DNA of 53,292 nt from Chloroflexota bacterium (GTDB taxonomy: Bacteria; Chloroflexota; Dehalococcoidia; SM23-28-2; RBG-16-64-32). How positions within the stretch are numbered: the first letter of the stretch is position 1; every line of letters begins with the position of its first letter. Made by a program: the position numbers and the translations under genes. The DNA lies in contig VBEI01000002.1 of NCBI GenBank assembly GCA_005882715.1, positions 1 to 53,292 of the forward strand. The letters run 5' to 3'. Below, piece by piece: positions 28,606 to 38,165 of this stretch. The notes beneath the pieces are model-generated. The model did no database searches and was not told the origin of the DNA. It saw only the letters and a program-made list of their open reading frames with translations.

Positions 28606-29131
28606 CAGACGCCTCCGGGGAGACAGCGCGGCGGCGTTCGCGGACCTCATCGGGCGAGCGCAGGCGGGACAGTGCAAGCATCGTCGCTTTCACGGTGTTG
28701 GCCGGGTTGTTGGAGCCGAGGGACTTAGCAACGGCATCCCTAACGCCCGCCATCTCAAGCACCGCGCGCACGCCGCCGCCGGCGATAAGGCCTGTGCCTG
28801 GAGGTGCGGGCTTTATGAGCACTCTGGCGGCGCCGAAGTGGACAAGGAGGGGGTGCGGCACCGTGGTACCGTTCAGCGGAACACTGATCATGTGCTTGCG
28901 GGCTATCGTACCGGCCTTGCGGATCGCCTCGGGCACTTCGGTGGCCTTGCCCATGGCGGCGCCGACTCGCCCGGCGGTATCGCCGACGACGACGATGGCG
29001 GTGAAGTGAAAACGCCTGCCGCCCCTCATCACCTTGGCGACACGGTTGATGAAAACAACCTTTTCGGTGAGTTCTAAGGCAGCGGCATCGACCCGGTCTC
29101 TCTTGGCGATGTATTTGCGTGGATTTGACAT
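28595..29131 (-). CDS. rpsE: 30S ribosomal protein S5
   Basis: [24 protein letters not shown]. Confidence 0.96.
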   Translation of the reverse strand: MSNPRKYIAKRDRVDAAALELTEKVVFINRVAKVMRGGRRFHFTAIVVVGDTAGRVGAAMGKATEVPEAIRKAGTIARKHMISVPLNGTTVPHPLLVHFGAARVLIKPAPPGTGLIAGGGVRAVLEMAGVRDAVAKSLGSNNPANTVKATMLALSRLRSPDEVRERRRAVSPEASVGG

Positions 29132-29141
29132 TAGCGGCTTC

Positions 29142-29510
29142 CTAGAATGTGAGTCCAGCTTTGCGGGCGGCCTCCGCGAACGCCTTCACGCGGCCGTGGT
29201 ACATGAACCCGCCGCGGTCGAAGACGACGGAGCCAATGCCTTTTTCCTTCGCTCTTTTGGCCAGCGCCTCGCCGACCAGCCCGGCAACTTCGCTCTTCTT
29301 TTTGCCATCGCGTACCGATTTGAGATCGGCTTCGAGGTCGCTAGCAGAGACGAGCGTGTGGCCCGCACTATCGTCAATGAGCTGTGCGTAAATGTGGTTC
29401 AGGCTGCGGAAGACGGCTAAGCGTGGCCGCTCGGTCGTACCCGTCAAGCGTTCACGGACGCGAAGGTGACGTCGCGCCCGGGCAGCGCGGGGTAGACGTG
29501 ACTTCTTCAT
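29142..29510 (-). CDS. rplR: 50S ribosomal protein L18
   Basis: ATG at 29510: [42 protein letters not shown]. Confidence 0.95.
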   Translation of the reverse strand: MKKSRLPRAARARRHLRVRERLTGTTERPRLAVFRSLNHIYAQLIDDSAGHTLVSASDLEADLKSVRDGKKKSEVAGLVGEALAKRAKEKGIGSVVFDRGGFMYHGRVKAFAEAARKAGLTF

Positions 29511-29520
29511 AGGTGCGTTC

Positions 29521-30066
29521 CTAGTGGGTCGCCTTGCCGGCTTTGCCGGCCTTGCGGCGCACGTATTCGCCAGTGTAGCGAATGCCTTTGCCCTTGTATG
29601 GCTCGGGTGGCCGGATCTTGCGAACGTCGGCGGCCGTTTGGCCGACCTGCTCCCTGTTGATGCCCTTGACGGTGATCTTGGAGGTACCTTCGACCTCGAA
29701 CTCGATGCCGGGCGGGGGCGGCACATTCACCGGATGCGAATAACCAATCGCCAGCACGAGGTTTCTGCCCTGCATCTGTGCTCGATAGCCGACGCCCTGG
29801 AGCTCCAGTGTCTTGCTGAAGCCGGCGGTGACGCCGGCGACCATATTTGCGACCAGCGAGCGGGTGAGGCCATGCATCGCACGGTGTCGGGGCTGCTCAC
29901 TGGGGCGGGAAACAACGATCTGTCCGTCCTTCTGCTCGATCCGCATTTCGCGATTGAGCTCGCGGCTCAGTTCGCCCTTGGGTCCCTTAACGGCGACGTG
30001 CGTGCCGTCGATGCGGATCTCCACCCCGGAAGGGATGGCGATCGGCATTTTCCCTACTCTCGACAT
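29521..30066 (-). CDS. rplF: 50S ribosomal protein L6
   Basis: [31 protein letters not shown]. Confidence 0.96.
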   Translation of the reverse strand: MSRVGKMPIAIPSGVEIRIDGTHVAVKGPKGELSRELNREMRIEQKDGQIVVSRPSEQPRHRAMHGLTRSLVANMVAGVTAGFSKTLELQGVGYRAQMQGRNLVLAIGYSHPVNVPPPPGIEFEVEGTSKITVKGINREQVGQTAADVRKIRPPEPYKGKGIRYTGEYVRRKAGKAGKATH

Positions 30067-30070
30067 CGGT

Positions 30071-30466
30071 TCACCACACGTAGCAAAGTACTTCGCCGCC
30101 CACGCCGCGGCGGCGGGCTTCCTTACCCGTCATGACGCCCTCCGGAGTAGAGAGGATAGCGACACCGAGACCTCCATAGACGCGCGGGATCTCGCGCTTG
30201 GCCGCATAGACGCGCAAGCCCGGGCGGCTTACGCGCTGGAGGCCCATAATGACCGGCTCGCGCGCGGGTGTATAAGCGAGATGGATGCGGACATTCTTGT
30301 GCGTACCCTCACTCCGGACCTCGAAGTCGCCGATGAACCCCTCGTTCTTAAGGACCTGAGCCAGCGCAACCCTAGTTTTGGAAGCGGGCATGTCTGTGTG
30401 GTCGTGGCGGGCAACGAGCGAGTTCCTGATCCTGGACAACATGTCGGCGATGGGATCGGTAACCAT
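30071..30466 (-). CDS. rpsH: 30S ribosomal protein S8
   Basis: ATG at 30466: [16 protein letters not shown]. Confidence 0.95.
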   Translation of the reverse strand: MVTDPIADMLSRIRNSLVARHDHTDMPASKTRVALAQVLKNEGFIGDFEVRSEGTHKNVRIHLAYTPAREPVIMGLQRVSRPGLRVYAAKREIPRVYGGLGVAILSTPEGVMTGKEARRRGVGGEVLCYVW

Positions 30467-30470
30467 AACG

Positions 30471-30659
30471 CTACCAGCTGGACTTCTGCACACCCGGGAT
30501 GTGGCCTTCCAGAGCGAACTTGCGGAAGCAGATGCGGCAGAGGCCGAACTTGCGGATGTAGGCGCGCGGGCGTCCACAAAGGCGGCAGCGGTTGCGGAGG
30601 CGGCCTGGGAACTTGGGGGGCTTGTTGAAGGTCTTCTCGTAAAGCGCCTTTCGCGTCAT
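30471..30659 (-). CDS. rpsN: 30S ribosomal protein S14, type Z (zinc-binding, 61 aa)
   Basis: [23 protein letters not shown]. Confidence 0.95.
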   Translation of the reverse strand: MTRKALYEKTFNKPPKFPGRLRNRCRLCGRPRAYIRKFGLCRICFRKFALEGHIPGVQKSSW

Positions 30660-30671
30660 CTGGTCCTCTAC

Positions 30672-31220
30672 CTAGCCTCGCCTGGCGAACGGCATGCCCA
30701 ACAACTCGAGCAGCCGCTGCCCCTCTTCGTCTGTCTTTGCGGTCGTGCAGATCGTTATTTGCATGCCGCGAATCTTGTCGATTTTGTCGTACTCGATTTC
30801 CGGGAAGATGACCTGCTCGCGGATGCCCAGGCTGTAGTTGCCCCGGCCGTCGAACGAGTTTGGAGACACGCCCTGAAAGTCGCGAATGCGGGGCAGAGCG
30901 GCGTTCAGCGTGCGGTCAAGGAACTCCCACATGTGATCGCCTCGGAGCGTGACCATGACGCCGATGGGCATGCCCTCGCGGAGCTTGAAGTTCGCTATCG
31001 ACTTCTTCGCCCGGGTAATCACTGGATGCTGGCCGGTAATTGTCGCGATGTCGGTGGAAGCGGCGTCGAGCGCCTTTGCGTTCTGGACAGCCTCCCCGGT
31101 GCCGACGTTCAGGGTCACCTTCTCTACGCGCGGCGCTTGCATGGCGTTAGCGTAGCCGAACTCCTTGACTAGAGCCGGTACGATCTCTTCCCGGTAGCGT
31201 TCTTTCAATCGCGGTGGCAT
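30672..31220 (-). CDS. rplE: 50S ribosomal protein L5
   Basis: ATG at 31220: [30 protein letters not shown]. Confidence 0.95.
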   Translation of the reverse strand: MPPRLKERYREEIVPALVKEFGYANAMQAPRVEKVTLNVGTGEAVQNAKALDAASTDIATITGQHPVITRAKKSIANFKLREGMPIGVMVTLRGDHMWEFLDRTLNAALPRIRDFQGVSPNSFDGRGNYSLGIREQVIFPEIEYDKIDKIRGMQITICTTAKTDEEGQRLLELLGMPFARRG

Positions 31221-31230
31221 CTGTTCTGTC

Positions 31231-31578
31231 CTAATCCTGGTTCGCGTCACAGCGCTTGCAGTAGCGCACTTTACGCCCATCCGCCTGCCGGCGGAAGCCG
31301 ACGCGGGCGGGTTTGCCACAGGAAGCGCAAACAAGCGCCGTGTTCGCCCACGATATGGGGGCTTCGCGGTCAACGATGCCGCCAGGCTTTTGAGGGCCGC
31401 GGGGCTTCATGTGCCGCTTGACCATGTTGATTCCGGTGACGATGAGGCGCGGCGGCCGCGGCTGACCGAGCTTGCTGATTTTGCCGGTACCGAGGAGCAC
31501 CTTGCGCACCTGCCCGGTGCGGCCCCTGTCCTTGCCTTTGGTTATGAGGACCGTATCATCGCGCTTAATCTTTTGCAT
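31231..31578 (-). CDS. rplX: 50S ribosomal protein L24 (C-terminal CxxC..CxxC)
   Basis: [22 protein letters not shown]-terminus CASCGKP..YCKRCD. Confidence 0.95.
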   Translation of the reverse strand: MQKIKRDDTVLITKGKDRGRTGQVRKVLLGTGKISKLGQPRPPRLIVTGINMVKRHMKPRGPQKPGGIVDREAPISWANTALVCASCGKPARVGFRRQADGRKVRYCKRCDANQD

Positions 31579-31580
31579 TT

Positions 31581-31949
31581 CTACACGACCTCTGGCGCCA
31601 GCGAGACGATCTTCATGAAGTTGCGCTCTCTCAGCTCGCGAGCTACGGGCCCGAAAATGCGGGTGCCACGCGGGTTGAAGGCGTCCGAGAGGACCACGGC
31701 GGCGTTCTCATCAAAGCGGATATACGAGCCGTCGTTGCGCCGGTATGGCTGCGCGGCACGCACTACGACCGCGCGGACGACTTCGCCCTTCTTGACGCCG
31801 CCCATGGGAGTGGCCTGCTTGACAGAGGCGACGATAATATCGCCCACGGTGCCGTAACGACGCCGGGAGCCGCCGATAACCTGAATGCACATCAGTTGCC
31901 GGGCGCCGGAGTTGTCGGCCACCTTGAGGCGGGAGTAAGACTGAATCAA
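31581..31949 (-). CDS. rplN: 50S ribosomal protein L14
   Basis: [20 protein letters not shown] start overlaps the rpsQ stop. Confidence 0.96.
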   Translation of the reverse strand: MIQSYSRLKVADNSGARQLMCIQVIGGSRRRYGTVGDIIVASVKQATPMGGVKKGEVVRAVVVRAAQPYRRNDGSYIRFDENAAVVLSDAFNPRGTRIFGPVARELRERNFMKIVSLAPEVV

Positions 31950-32587
31950 GAGGGCTGCTCCTCTGCCGACTCTTCAGCAGCCTCTGCCGATTCTTCAGCG
32001 GCCTCCGGCGGTTCTTCGTCGGCCTCCGGCGGTTCTTCAGCCTTCTCTGCCGGCTCTTCCGGGGCCTCTTCTTGCTCTTCGCCGGCCGGCTCCTCGGCTT
32101 CGGCCTCGACGGCTTCGATTTCGGGTACCTCTTCGGCCACCTCGACCTCCTCGGGCACAACGGCTTCGGCCGCAGGACCAGCGACCGCTTCCGCGGGGAC
32201 GGTCTCTTCGCTCTTGGCCTTCGCGCCACCGCGCGGCCTAGGTGCCTCTTCGATTTCCGGCTCTTCGGGCTTAACCTCGCCCAACAACTCGAGGTCGATC
32301 GATTCCGGCGCCACTTCAGGAAGCTCCGCTCGAGTCAGGACTTCGAGCAGGCGCCAGCGCTTGCGCCGAGAGATAGGCGCGGCCTCGATGATGCGGACGC
32401 GGTCTCCCAACTGCGCTTCCTCAGCCTCGTCGTGAGCCATCAGCCGGCGTACGCGGCGTACTGTCTTCTTGTACAAGCGGTGGCGGAAGTTGGCCTCGAC
32501 GGCGACGACGACCGTTTTCTGCATCTTGTCGCTGACGACGGTGCCGTCGCGGACTTTGCCGCGCAGGCCGCTCTGCTTGGCAGTCAT
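31946..32587 (-). CDS. rpsQ: 30S ribosomal protein S17 with an acidic C-terminal extension of about 125 aa
   Basis: Core is [40 protein letters not shown]. It is followed by an E/A/P-rich tail that ends exactly at the rplN start. Confidence 0.93.
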   Translation of the reverse strand: MTAKQSGLRGKVRDGTVVSDKMQKTVVVAVEANFRHRLYKKTVRRVRRLMAHDEAEEAQLGDRVRIIEAAPISRRKRWRLLEVLTRAELPEVAPESIDLELLGEVKPEEPEIEEAPRPRGGAKAKSEETVPAEAVAGPAAEAVVPEEVEVAEEVPEIEAVEAEAEEPAGEEQEEAPEEPAEKAEEPPEADEEPPEAAEESAEAAEESAEEQPS

Positions 32588-32820
32588 TTGCGCGGTGCCT
32601 GACCGCCGACTCGGGCCAGCTGTCGCTGTTGCTCGATGGTTTTGAGGCGGGCGATGTGACGCTTCATTTTCGGCAGCTCCTGGTAGTTCGTGAGCTGCCG
32701 AGTCTCGCGCTGGAGACGCATAGAGAAGAGGCGGCGATGGGCCTCCTCCAGCTCCTTGCGCAGGTCCGTTTCGGAGAGCTTGCGGATATCGTCGAGTTTG
32801 GTCTTCAGCTTCTTCGCCAT
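32584..32820 (-). CDS. rpmC: 50S ribosomal protein L29
   Basis: LRKLSETDLRKELEEAHRRLFSMRLQ. Confidence 0.94.
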   Translation of the reverse strand: MAKKLKTKLDDIRKLSETDLRKELEEAHRRLFSMRLQRETRQLTNYQELPKMKRHIARLKTIEQQRQLARVGGQAPRK

Positions 32821-32823
32821 CGA

Positions 32824-33237
32824 TTACATCTCCGGCCTTGCCACGAAGCGCGTGGGGATGGGGAGCTTGTGGGCGGCGAGGCGCATGGCTTCACGCGCGG
32901 TCTCTTCCTGGACACCAGCGATCTCGTAGATCATGCGGCCCGGGCGAACGACGGCCACCCACGCTTCGACGGGGCCCTTGCCGCTTCCCTGACGGACCTC
33001 GAGCGGCTTCTTGGTGATCGGCTTGTCGGGGAAAACGCGGATCCAGAGCTTGCCACCGCGGCGGACGTAGCGTGTAATGGCGCGACGGCCGGCCTCAATC
33101 TGGCGGGCGGTGAGCCAGCACGGCCCAAGAGCCTGCAGGCCGTAATCGCCGAAGGTGACGTGGTTGCCGGCTGTGGCCATGCCACGCCGGCGGCCACGGT
33201 GCGCTTTGCGGAACTTCGTCCGCTTAGGCTGTAGCAT
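32824..33237 (-). CDS. rplP: 50S ribosomal protein L16
   Basis: ATG at 33237: [19 protein letters not shown]. Confidence 0.95.
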   Translation of the reverse strand: MLQPKRTKFRKAHRGRRRGMATAGNHVTFGDYGLQALGPCWLTARQIEAGRRAITRYVRRGGKLWIRVFPDKPITKKPLEVRQGSGKGPVEAWVAVVRPGRMIYEIAGVQEETAREAMRLAAHKLPIPTRFVARPEM

Positions 33238-34030
33238 CGCCGCTCTCCTGCTGAGCTGGCTCCGGAGGAGGTTCCGCCGCTGCCGCCTCTGCGCTCGCTT
33301 CCGACGGCTGGTCGGGGCCGCCAGGCGCCGCAACCCCGCCCGCTTGTGGTTCACCGCTGGCCGCGCGTGCCTTTTCAAGCGCGCTGACCGGGGGCGCCGT
33401 CCGCTCCGAGATCTTGTCGCCCTTGTATATCCAGACCTTGACGCCGATGCGGCCGAGCGTGGTGCGGGCTTCGGCAGTGCCGTAGTCGACATCCGCCTTC
33501 AGCGTGTGCAAGGGGACCCGGCCCTGCCGTTCCTGGTCTCTGCGAGACATGTCGGAGCCCCCGAGCCTCCCTGCGATGCGGATGCGCACGCCCTGGGCGC
33601 CGCGCTGCATTGCCCGTAGCGCTGCTTGCTTGATGGCGCGGCGGTGCGAGACGCGGCGCTCTATCTGCTCGGCAACCGCCCGGGCGACGAGCGGCGCTTC
33701 GATTTCCGGGAGCCGCACCTCGTTGATGTTGACGCGAACGCGGCGTCCGCTCGTTTTTTCGAGCCTGCCGCGCAGCTCATCTACGCGCTGGCCGCCGCGG
33801 CCGATGACGATTCCCGGACGCGCTGTGTGGATGCTGACCGTGATCTGGTTGGCGTTTCGCTCGATCTCGACGCGCGAGATGCCGGCATCAGGCAGCATCC
33901 GCTCGATCGAGCGGCGGATGCGCAGGTCCTCGTGCAGCTGCTCAGTATAGTTCTTGTCGGCGTACCACTTGCTGTTCCAGGTATAGATGTAGCCGAGGCG
34001 AAAGCCGTGGGGGTGAACTTTCTGGCCCAT
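33224..34030 (-). CDS. rpsC: 30S ribosomal protein S3 with a C-terminal A/P/E-rich extension
   Basis: [24 protein letters not shown]..; the KH domain pattern is present. Confidence 0.96.
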   Translation of the reverse strand: MGQKVHPHGFRLGYIYTWNSKWYADKNYTEQLHEDLRIRRSIERMLPDAGISRVEIERNANQITVSIHTARPGIVIGRGGQRVDELRGRLEKTSGRRVRVNINEVRLPEIEAPLVARAVAEQIERRVSHRRAIKQAALRAMQRGAQGVRIRIAGRLGGSDMSRRDQERQGRVPLHTLKADVDYGTAEARTTLGRIGVKVWIYKGDKISERTAPPVSALEKARAASGEPQAGGVAAPGGPDQPSEASAEAAAAEPPPEPAQQESGDATA

Positions 34031-34368
34031 CAGCCGCCTTCCTCCACGATGATTGTGATATTGCTGCGGCGGCGGCGAATGATATCAGCGCGGCCGCGCG
34101 CACGCGGGGTCATGCGGCGCAACTTAACGCCGTCGCCGACGAATGCGCGCGTGACCCGCAGATGTCTGGGGTCCATGTTGTAGTTGTTTTCGGCGTTGGC
34201 GGCGGCCGAGCGTACGGCCTTGGCAATCGTCCGAGCGTGCGGACTTTGCATGAAGCGCAGGATAGACATCGCCTCATCGACACGCTTGCCGCGCACTTCG
34301 TCGAGAATGAGGCGCACCTTCTTGGGCGCGACCTGGGCGCCCCTCATGTACGACTTAACGGCGACCAC
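34030..34368 (-). CDS. rplV: 50S ribosomal protein L22
   Basis: RGAQVAPKKVRLILDEVRGK. Confidence 0.95.
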   Translation of the reverse strand: MVAVKSYMRGAQVAPKKVRLILDEVRGKRVDEAMSILRFMQSPHARTIAKAVRSAAANAENNYNMDPRHLRVTRAFVGDGVKLRRMTPRARGRADIIRRRRSNITIIVEEGG

Positions 34369-34658
34369 TATTTCTTCCTCACCTGGCTGACCTGCGCGGA
34401 ACGGCTGGTATGCCCGCGGTAGGTGCGAGTCGGCGCAAATTCGCCGAGCTTGTGCCCGACCATGTTCTCAGTGATGAAGACGGGCACATGGCGGCGGCCG
34501 TCGTGGATGGCGATGGTGAGGCCGACCATTTCAGGCAGAATGGTCGAGCGGCGCGACCAGGTGCGGATGACGGCCTTCTGGCCCGATTGCTGCACCTTCA
34601 TCACCTTGGCGATCAGCTTGGCGTCCGCGAACGGGCCTTTCTTCGTCGACCGGGACAT
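34368..34658 (-). CDS. rpsS: 30S ribosomal protein S19
   Basis: [38 protein letters not shown]. Confidence 0.96.
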   Translation of the reverse strand: MSRSTKKGPFADAKLIAKVMKVQQSGQKAVIRTWSRRSTILPEMVGLTIAIHDGRRHVPVFITENMVGHKLGEFAPTRTYRGHTSRSAQVSQVRKK

Positions 34659-34661
34659 CGT

Positions 34662-35492
34662 CTAAACCTGGTACCTGCGGCGGACGATGTATTTGTTGGT
34701 GTCTTTGCGGCGGCGCGTGCGGGCGCCCAGCGTGGGCTTTCCCCACGGGCTGCGCGGCCCCGGGAGGCCGATCGGTGCGCGGCCCTCACCACCGCCGTGC
34801 GGATGGTCTCGCGGGTTCATGACGGTGCCACGCACGCTCGGCCTGCGGCCCATCAAGCGCTTGCGCCCGGCCCTTCCCAGCTTGACCTGGCTGTGCTCGA
34901 CGTTGCCGACCTGGCCGATCGTGGCCATACAATCCGCGTGGATGCGCCGGACTTCACCCGAAGGCAGCCGCACGAGCGCGTAATCCCCTTCGCGGGCGAG
35001 GAGCTGGGCGGAGCCGCCGGCGCCGCGAACGAGCTGGCCGCCTTTGCCCTTGTGCATCTCGAGGTTGTGGATTGTCGTGCCGGAAGGAATGTTGCGCATG
35101 GGGAGCGCGTTGCCGGGCTTGATCTCGGAGTTGGGGCCGGCCATTACGCTGTCGCCGATTTTGAGGCCTACCGGCCAGAGGATATAGCGCTTCTCGCCGT
35201 CCGCGTAGTGGACGAGGGCGATGCGGGCGGAGCGGTTCGGGTCGTACTCGATCGAGGCGATCTTTCCCGGGACGCCGGTCTTGTCACGGCGAAAATCGAC
35301 GATGCGCAGGCGACGCTTGGCCCCGCCGCCGCGATGGCGTACGGTGATTCGGCCCTGGTTGTTGCGCCCGGCCTGGCGCCGCAGAGGGGCGACGAGGGAC
35401 TTCTGCGGCTTCGAGCGCGTGATCTCGTCGAAGCTGTGCCCGCTGGCGCCGCGGCGGCCGGGAGAGGTGGGCTTGTACTGCTTGATCGGCAC
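34662..35492 (-). CDS. rplB: 50S ribosomal protein L2
   Basis: [33 protein letters not shown]. Confidence 0.97.
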   Translation of the reverse strand: MPIKQYKPTSPGRRGASGHSFDEITRSKPQKSLVAPLRRQAGRNNQGRITVRHRGGGAKRRLRIVDFRRDKTGVPGKIASIEYDPNRSARIALVHYADGEKRYILWPVGLKIGDSVMAGPNSEIKPGNALPMRNIPSGTTIHNLEMHKGKGGQLVRGAGGSAQLLAREGDYALVRLPSGEVRRIHADCMATIGQVGNVEHSQVKLGRAGRKRLMGRRPSVRGTVMNPRDHPHGGGEGRAPIGLPGPRSPWGKPTLGARTRRRKDTNKYIVRRRYQV

Positions 35493-35493
35493 G

Positions 35494-35793
35494 CTAGACG
35501 CCCTCGAACAGCTCGATCTTGTCGCCGGGGGCGAGCGAGACTACGGCCTTCTTCCAATTCGGCCGGTGCTTGATGCGGTTGCCCCGCGCCCGGCGCGGCT
35601 TGCCCTTCATGACCATTACGTTGACATCTGTCACTTTTACATCGAACCCTTTTTCGACCGCATCCTTGATCTGGACCTTGTTCGCTTCCGGACGCACCTC
35701 GAACATGTACTTATTCTCGCCGCCGAGGCGCGTCGCTTTCTCCGTAATCATCGGCCGGATCACGATGTCGAGACTATGCAGTTCTCTACCCAT
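35494..35793 (-). CDS. rplW: 50S ribosomal protein L23
   Basis: [33 protein letters not shown]. Confidence 0.95.
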   Translation of the reverse strand: MGRELHSLDIVIRPMITEKATRLGGENKYMFEVRPEANKVQIKDAVEKGFDVKVTDVNVMVMKGKPRRARGNRIKHRPNWKKAVVSLAPGDKIELFEGV

Positions 35794-35980
35794 GAGCCAG
35801 CCTCACGCTCCTTCGAACGAACTCAGGAAGCCACAACCCGCAAGGGCGCCGGACCGGCGCGGAGTGCGGGCGCGCCCGCCTGCGGCGGACTATCGCACTT
35901 TAATAACGCCGCCCGTGGCGCTGGGTACGCTTTGTGCGCCGGACACGCGTCAACGAGGCATCCCGCCAGGCGGGACGCCG

Positions 35981-36021
35981 GATAACCTATAACAGTGTAC
36001 AGGGATTTGCGTGTGGGTCAA
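35981..36021 (-). promoter_or_regulatory. Candidate promoter module upstream of rplW (TTGACC-16 nt-TACACT followed by GTTATAGGTTATC); copy A of a 41-nt duplicated module
   Basis: Minus strand reads TTGACCcacacgcaaatccctgTACACTGTTATAGGTTATC. It matches 43426-43466 upstream of rplC at 36/41 positions, and all 5 mismatches fall in the spacer. Confidence 0.55.
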
Positions 36022-36043
36022 GCGAGCGAATCGTGGTAAGCGG

Positions 36044-36208
36044 TCAGTTTGTCTGGCAGGCTATCGCGACGGGTGTAGGTGGGGTCGGCAGACTGTCAAG
36101 GCAGTCTTGATATTGATCATTGGGGTCGACAGGACCAGATCTGAATACCATCACCATAACAAGCAGAAATACACTGAGAACTACGATTACGGTCAGAGCC
36201 CACCTCAC
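36044..36208 (-). CDS. Possible small membrane protein (54 aa from GTG)
   Basis: Hand translation gives VRWALTVIVVLSVFLLVMVMVFRSGPVDPNDQYQDCLDSLPTPPTPVAIACQTN*. It lies between the pckA stop and the rplW promoter module. No clear RBS was seen. Confidence 0.25.
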   Translation of the reverse strand: MRWALTVIVVLSVFLLVMVMVFRSGPVDPNDQYQDCLDSLPTPPTPVAIACQTN

Positions 36209-36246
36209 GCCGCGCTTGTAGCGCAGACGCGGGCTTGCGTCAACCG

Positions 36247-37833
36247 TCAGACGCCGGCGCGGATGTAGCCGTCGAGGCCCGGGAAGCTCTCGAGACAGGC
36301 GCGGCGCTCGGCCTTGAGGCGCTCGACCCAGGAGCGGTAATCGTCCAGCCGGCCGAGGGCCTCGAAGCGCTCCCTGGGTTGGAGTAGGTCCTCGTCCTCA
36401 GGTGCGATTCCGGGGACGCGGACGGGCAGCTGGTAGCCGAAGTCGGGGTCGGTGAACCACTCGAGGCCGCCCTCGGCGATGGCCCGCATACAGGCGGAGG
36501 AATGCTCGACGGTGACCTTCTTGGAGTCCGGGCCGCTGTCATCGACGATCCAGCCGGTGTTCATCAGGTAGACATCGATCGGGTGTGTGCGCAGCAGCTC
36601 GAGGAAGCGGTTGCCCTGGAGCTCGTTGGGTAGAGGGAAGAACGGGTTGGTGCCGGGCACGCGCAGCGACTTGCCGGCTTCATCTTTGCCCCCCGCGCTC
36701 GTGCCCTGGGTCTCGCCGAGCATGAAGTAGGCGGCGGCCTGCTGTTCGCTCAGCTTCGCGAGCGCCGGAACGACGCTGCGTGCGCGGTTGAGAATGACGA
36801 TGGCGTTGACGGGGCCAATGTTGTTGGCGTCCTCGTACCGCCCGAGCGCCTCCAGGTGGAACACGGCGCGGCCATTTTGCGTGAAGGACTCGTTGAAGAA
36901 GTCCGGGGTGCCATCCTCGCTGAGGTAGACGTTTTCGAGGTAAGCGATCGGGCTCGTGACGGCTCGATAAATCTCGGGCTCGTGCTCTGGGGAAAGCGAG
37001 AAGGTCTTCGCGAAGCAGCCGTTCTCGGTGCCGTAGACCTTGCCGCCGCGCATCAGAGCGATGAAGTCGTCCTGGACGGCTTTGGAGTCGCCCTGCCTTC
37101 GGAAGGTGGTGGTCGTCTTCCCGGTGCCCGAGAGGCCGATCACGACGATCGTCTTCTCGCCCTGCGCCGTCGGGATGACCTTGCATCCGGCGTGCATGGG
37201 CAGGCCGCCCTTGTCGTAGACGATCTTGTTCCACATGCGCAGGCCGCCCTTCTTCGACTCGCCGAAGTAGTCTGAGTTGAGGACGCGCGTGACGCCGTTC
37301 TCGAGGTCTACTGCGATGCAGCGGTCGTTCGGGTAGCCGGGGGCGGCCAGGTTCGGTGTGTCGATGACGGTGACTTGAGGGTCGCCGTCGGCGCGTTCGA
37401 AGTAGAGGAATTTCTGCATGCCGGCGACATTGGCGTTGGCGCGCTCGATGACCAATCGAGCGGCCGTCTGCACTTCTTTCGCGTTTGAGATGTAGCCGTC
37501 GATGACGATCATCGGCCGGCCGGCGATGTATTCTTCCTGCAGGCGGGTGATCTCTTCGTACTCGGCCCGCGGCATGGTCTGGTGGCCGCGATATTCTTCC
37601 GGCGTTTCAGTGACGATGTAGGTCGAGCCGCTGCTGCGCGAGTCCACGCTGGTGAAGACGTCGACGCTGCCGTAGGCCGTCCGCTTGGCGTTGGGCATCT
37701 GGAGCGTGAGGCGGCGCAGCTGCTCCTGAGGCGGGTTGTCGAGGACCACTCGGGGCCGCATCTCATGCGCCGGTTCGTGCAGGACGACCATTCTTTCCTC
37801 CCTTGGGCTAGGGTCAAAAGTGCTTCTCATCAT
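36247..37833 (-). CDS. pckA: Phosphoenolpyruvate carboxykinase (ATP)
   Basis: IGLSGTGKTTTT kinase-1a P-loop, ENGCFAKT, NTGW motifs; 528 aa. Confidence 0.9.
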   Translation of the reverse strand: MMRSTFDPSPREERMVVLHEPAHEMRPRVVLDNPPQEQLRRLTLQMPNAKRTAYGSVDVFTSVDSRSSGSTYIVTETPEEYRGHQTMPRAEYEEITRLQEEYIAGRPMIVIDGYISNAKEVQTAARLVIERANANVAGMQKFLYFERADGDPQVTVIDTPNLAAPGYPNDRCIAVDLENGVTRVLNSDYFGESKKGGLRMWNKIVYDKGGLPMHAGCKVIPTAQGEKTIVVIGLSGTGKTTTTFRRQGDSKAVQDDFIALMRGGKVYGTENGCFAKTFSLSPEHEPEIYRAVTSPIAYLENVYLSEDGTPDFFNESFTQNGRAVFHLEALGRYEDANNIGPVNAIVILNRARSVVPALAKLSEQQAAAYFMLGETQGTSAGGKDEAGKSLRVPGTNPFFPLPNELQGNRFLELLRTHPIDVYLMNTGWIVDDSGPDSKKVTVEHSSACMRAIAEGGLEWFTDPDFGYQLPVRVPGIAPEDEDLLQPRERFEALGRLDDYRSWVERLKAERRACLESFPGLDGYIRAGV

Positions 37834-38165
37834 AATCGGAAAAGTAAGCGATTACGCGTCCGAACGCGCCGAGAAGCATTAATTCTGCGTAAGAAATTAG
37901 TTGGCAGATTATGAGCGCCAATGGATCGGCAGCCTGAACGCATCAGGCCGACTCGACACTGAAGCAAGCGGAATGATCCTCCTTCGAGCTCCGTCCTGGG
38001 CTGCCGCATTGGATGGCCGTGAGCCTACCCGCCGGCGACCGGTTCTGTCAAGCAGCGTGATCGGAGCACGCGAAGTAACGACGCGGCCCCCACGATGCGA
38101 GATGCAACGACAGCGCGCTGGTCGCGTCTCTTATTGGGCGAACAATAACGACGTATAGGGCGGTT

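Noticed and set aside
29142-29726. N-terminal extensions given by the ORF track for rplR, rplE, rplP, rpsH, rpsD, rpsK, rpmD, adk and the wHTH gene.
   Set aside because: The extensions overlap the upstream gene and are not protein-like. Internal ATG, GTG or TTG codons reproduce the canonical N-termini and lie just after the upstream stop.
23012-31578. Cys4 motifs in S4, S14, L24, L36 and the adenylate kinase lid as something unusual.
   Set aside because: These are the ordinary zinc-binding isoforms found in many bacterial lineages. They may be informative about lineage but are not novel.
31950-32240. Periodic repeats that might suggest a CRISPR or satellite array.
   Set aside because: They are in frame within the rpsQ tail, irregular, and have no spacer structure. 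They are coding low-complexity repeats.
34410-35573. Long ORFs antisense to or out of frame with ribosomal-protein and housekeeping genes. Examples are 34410..35573 +, 24774..25451 -, 25802..26464 -, 31711..32229 -, 26161..27069 + and 38325..39215 -.
   Set aside because: Their compositions are Arg/Pro/Ala/Gly-rich, and each overlaps a confidently identified gene. These are typical high-GC open-frame artefacts.
36011-36268. 85-aa plus-strand ORF between pckA and rplW.
   Set aside because: It overlaps the promoter module and the pckA 3' end and is not protein-like. A minus-strand small membrane ORF is the more plausible (still weak) coding candidate.
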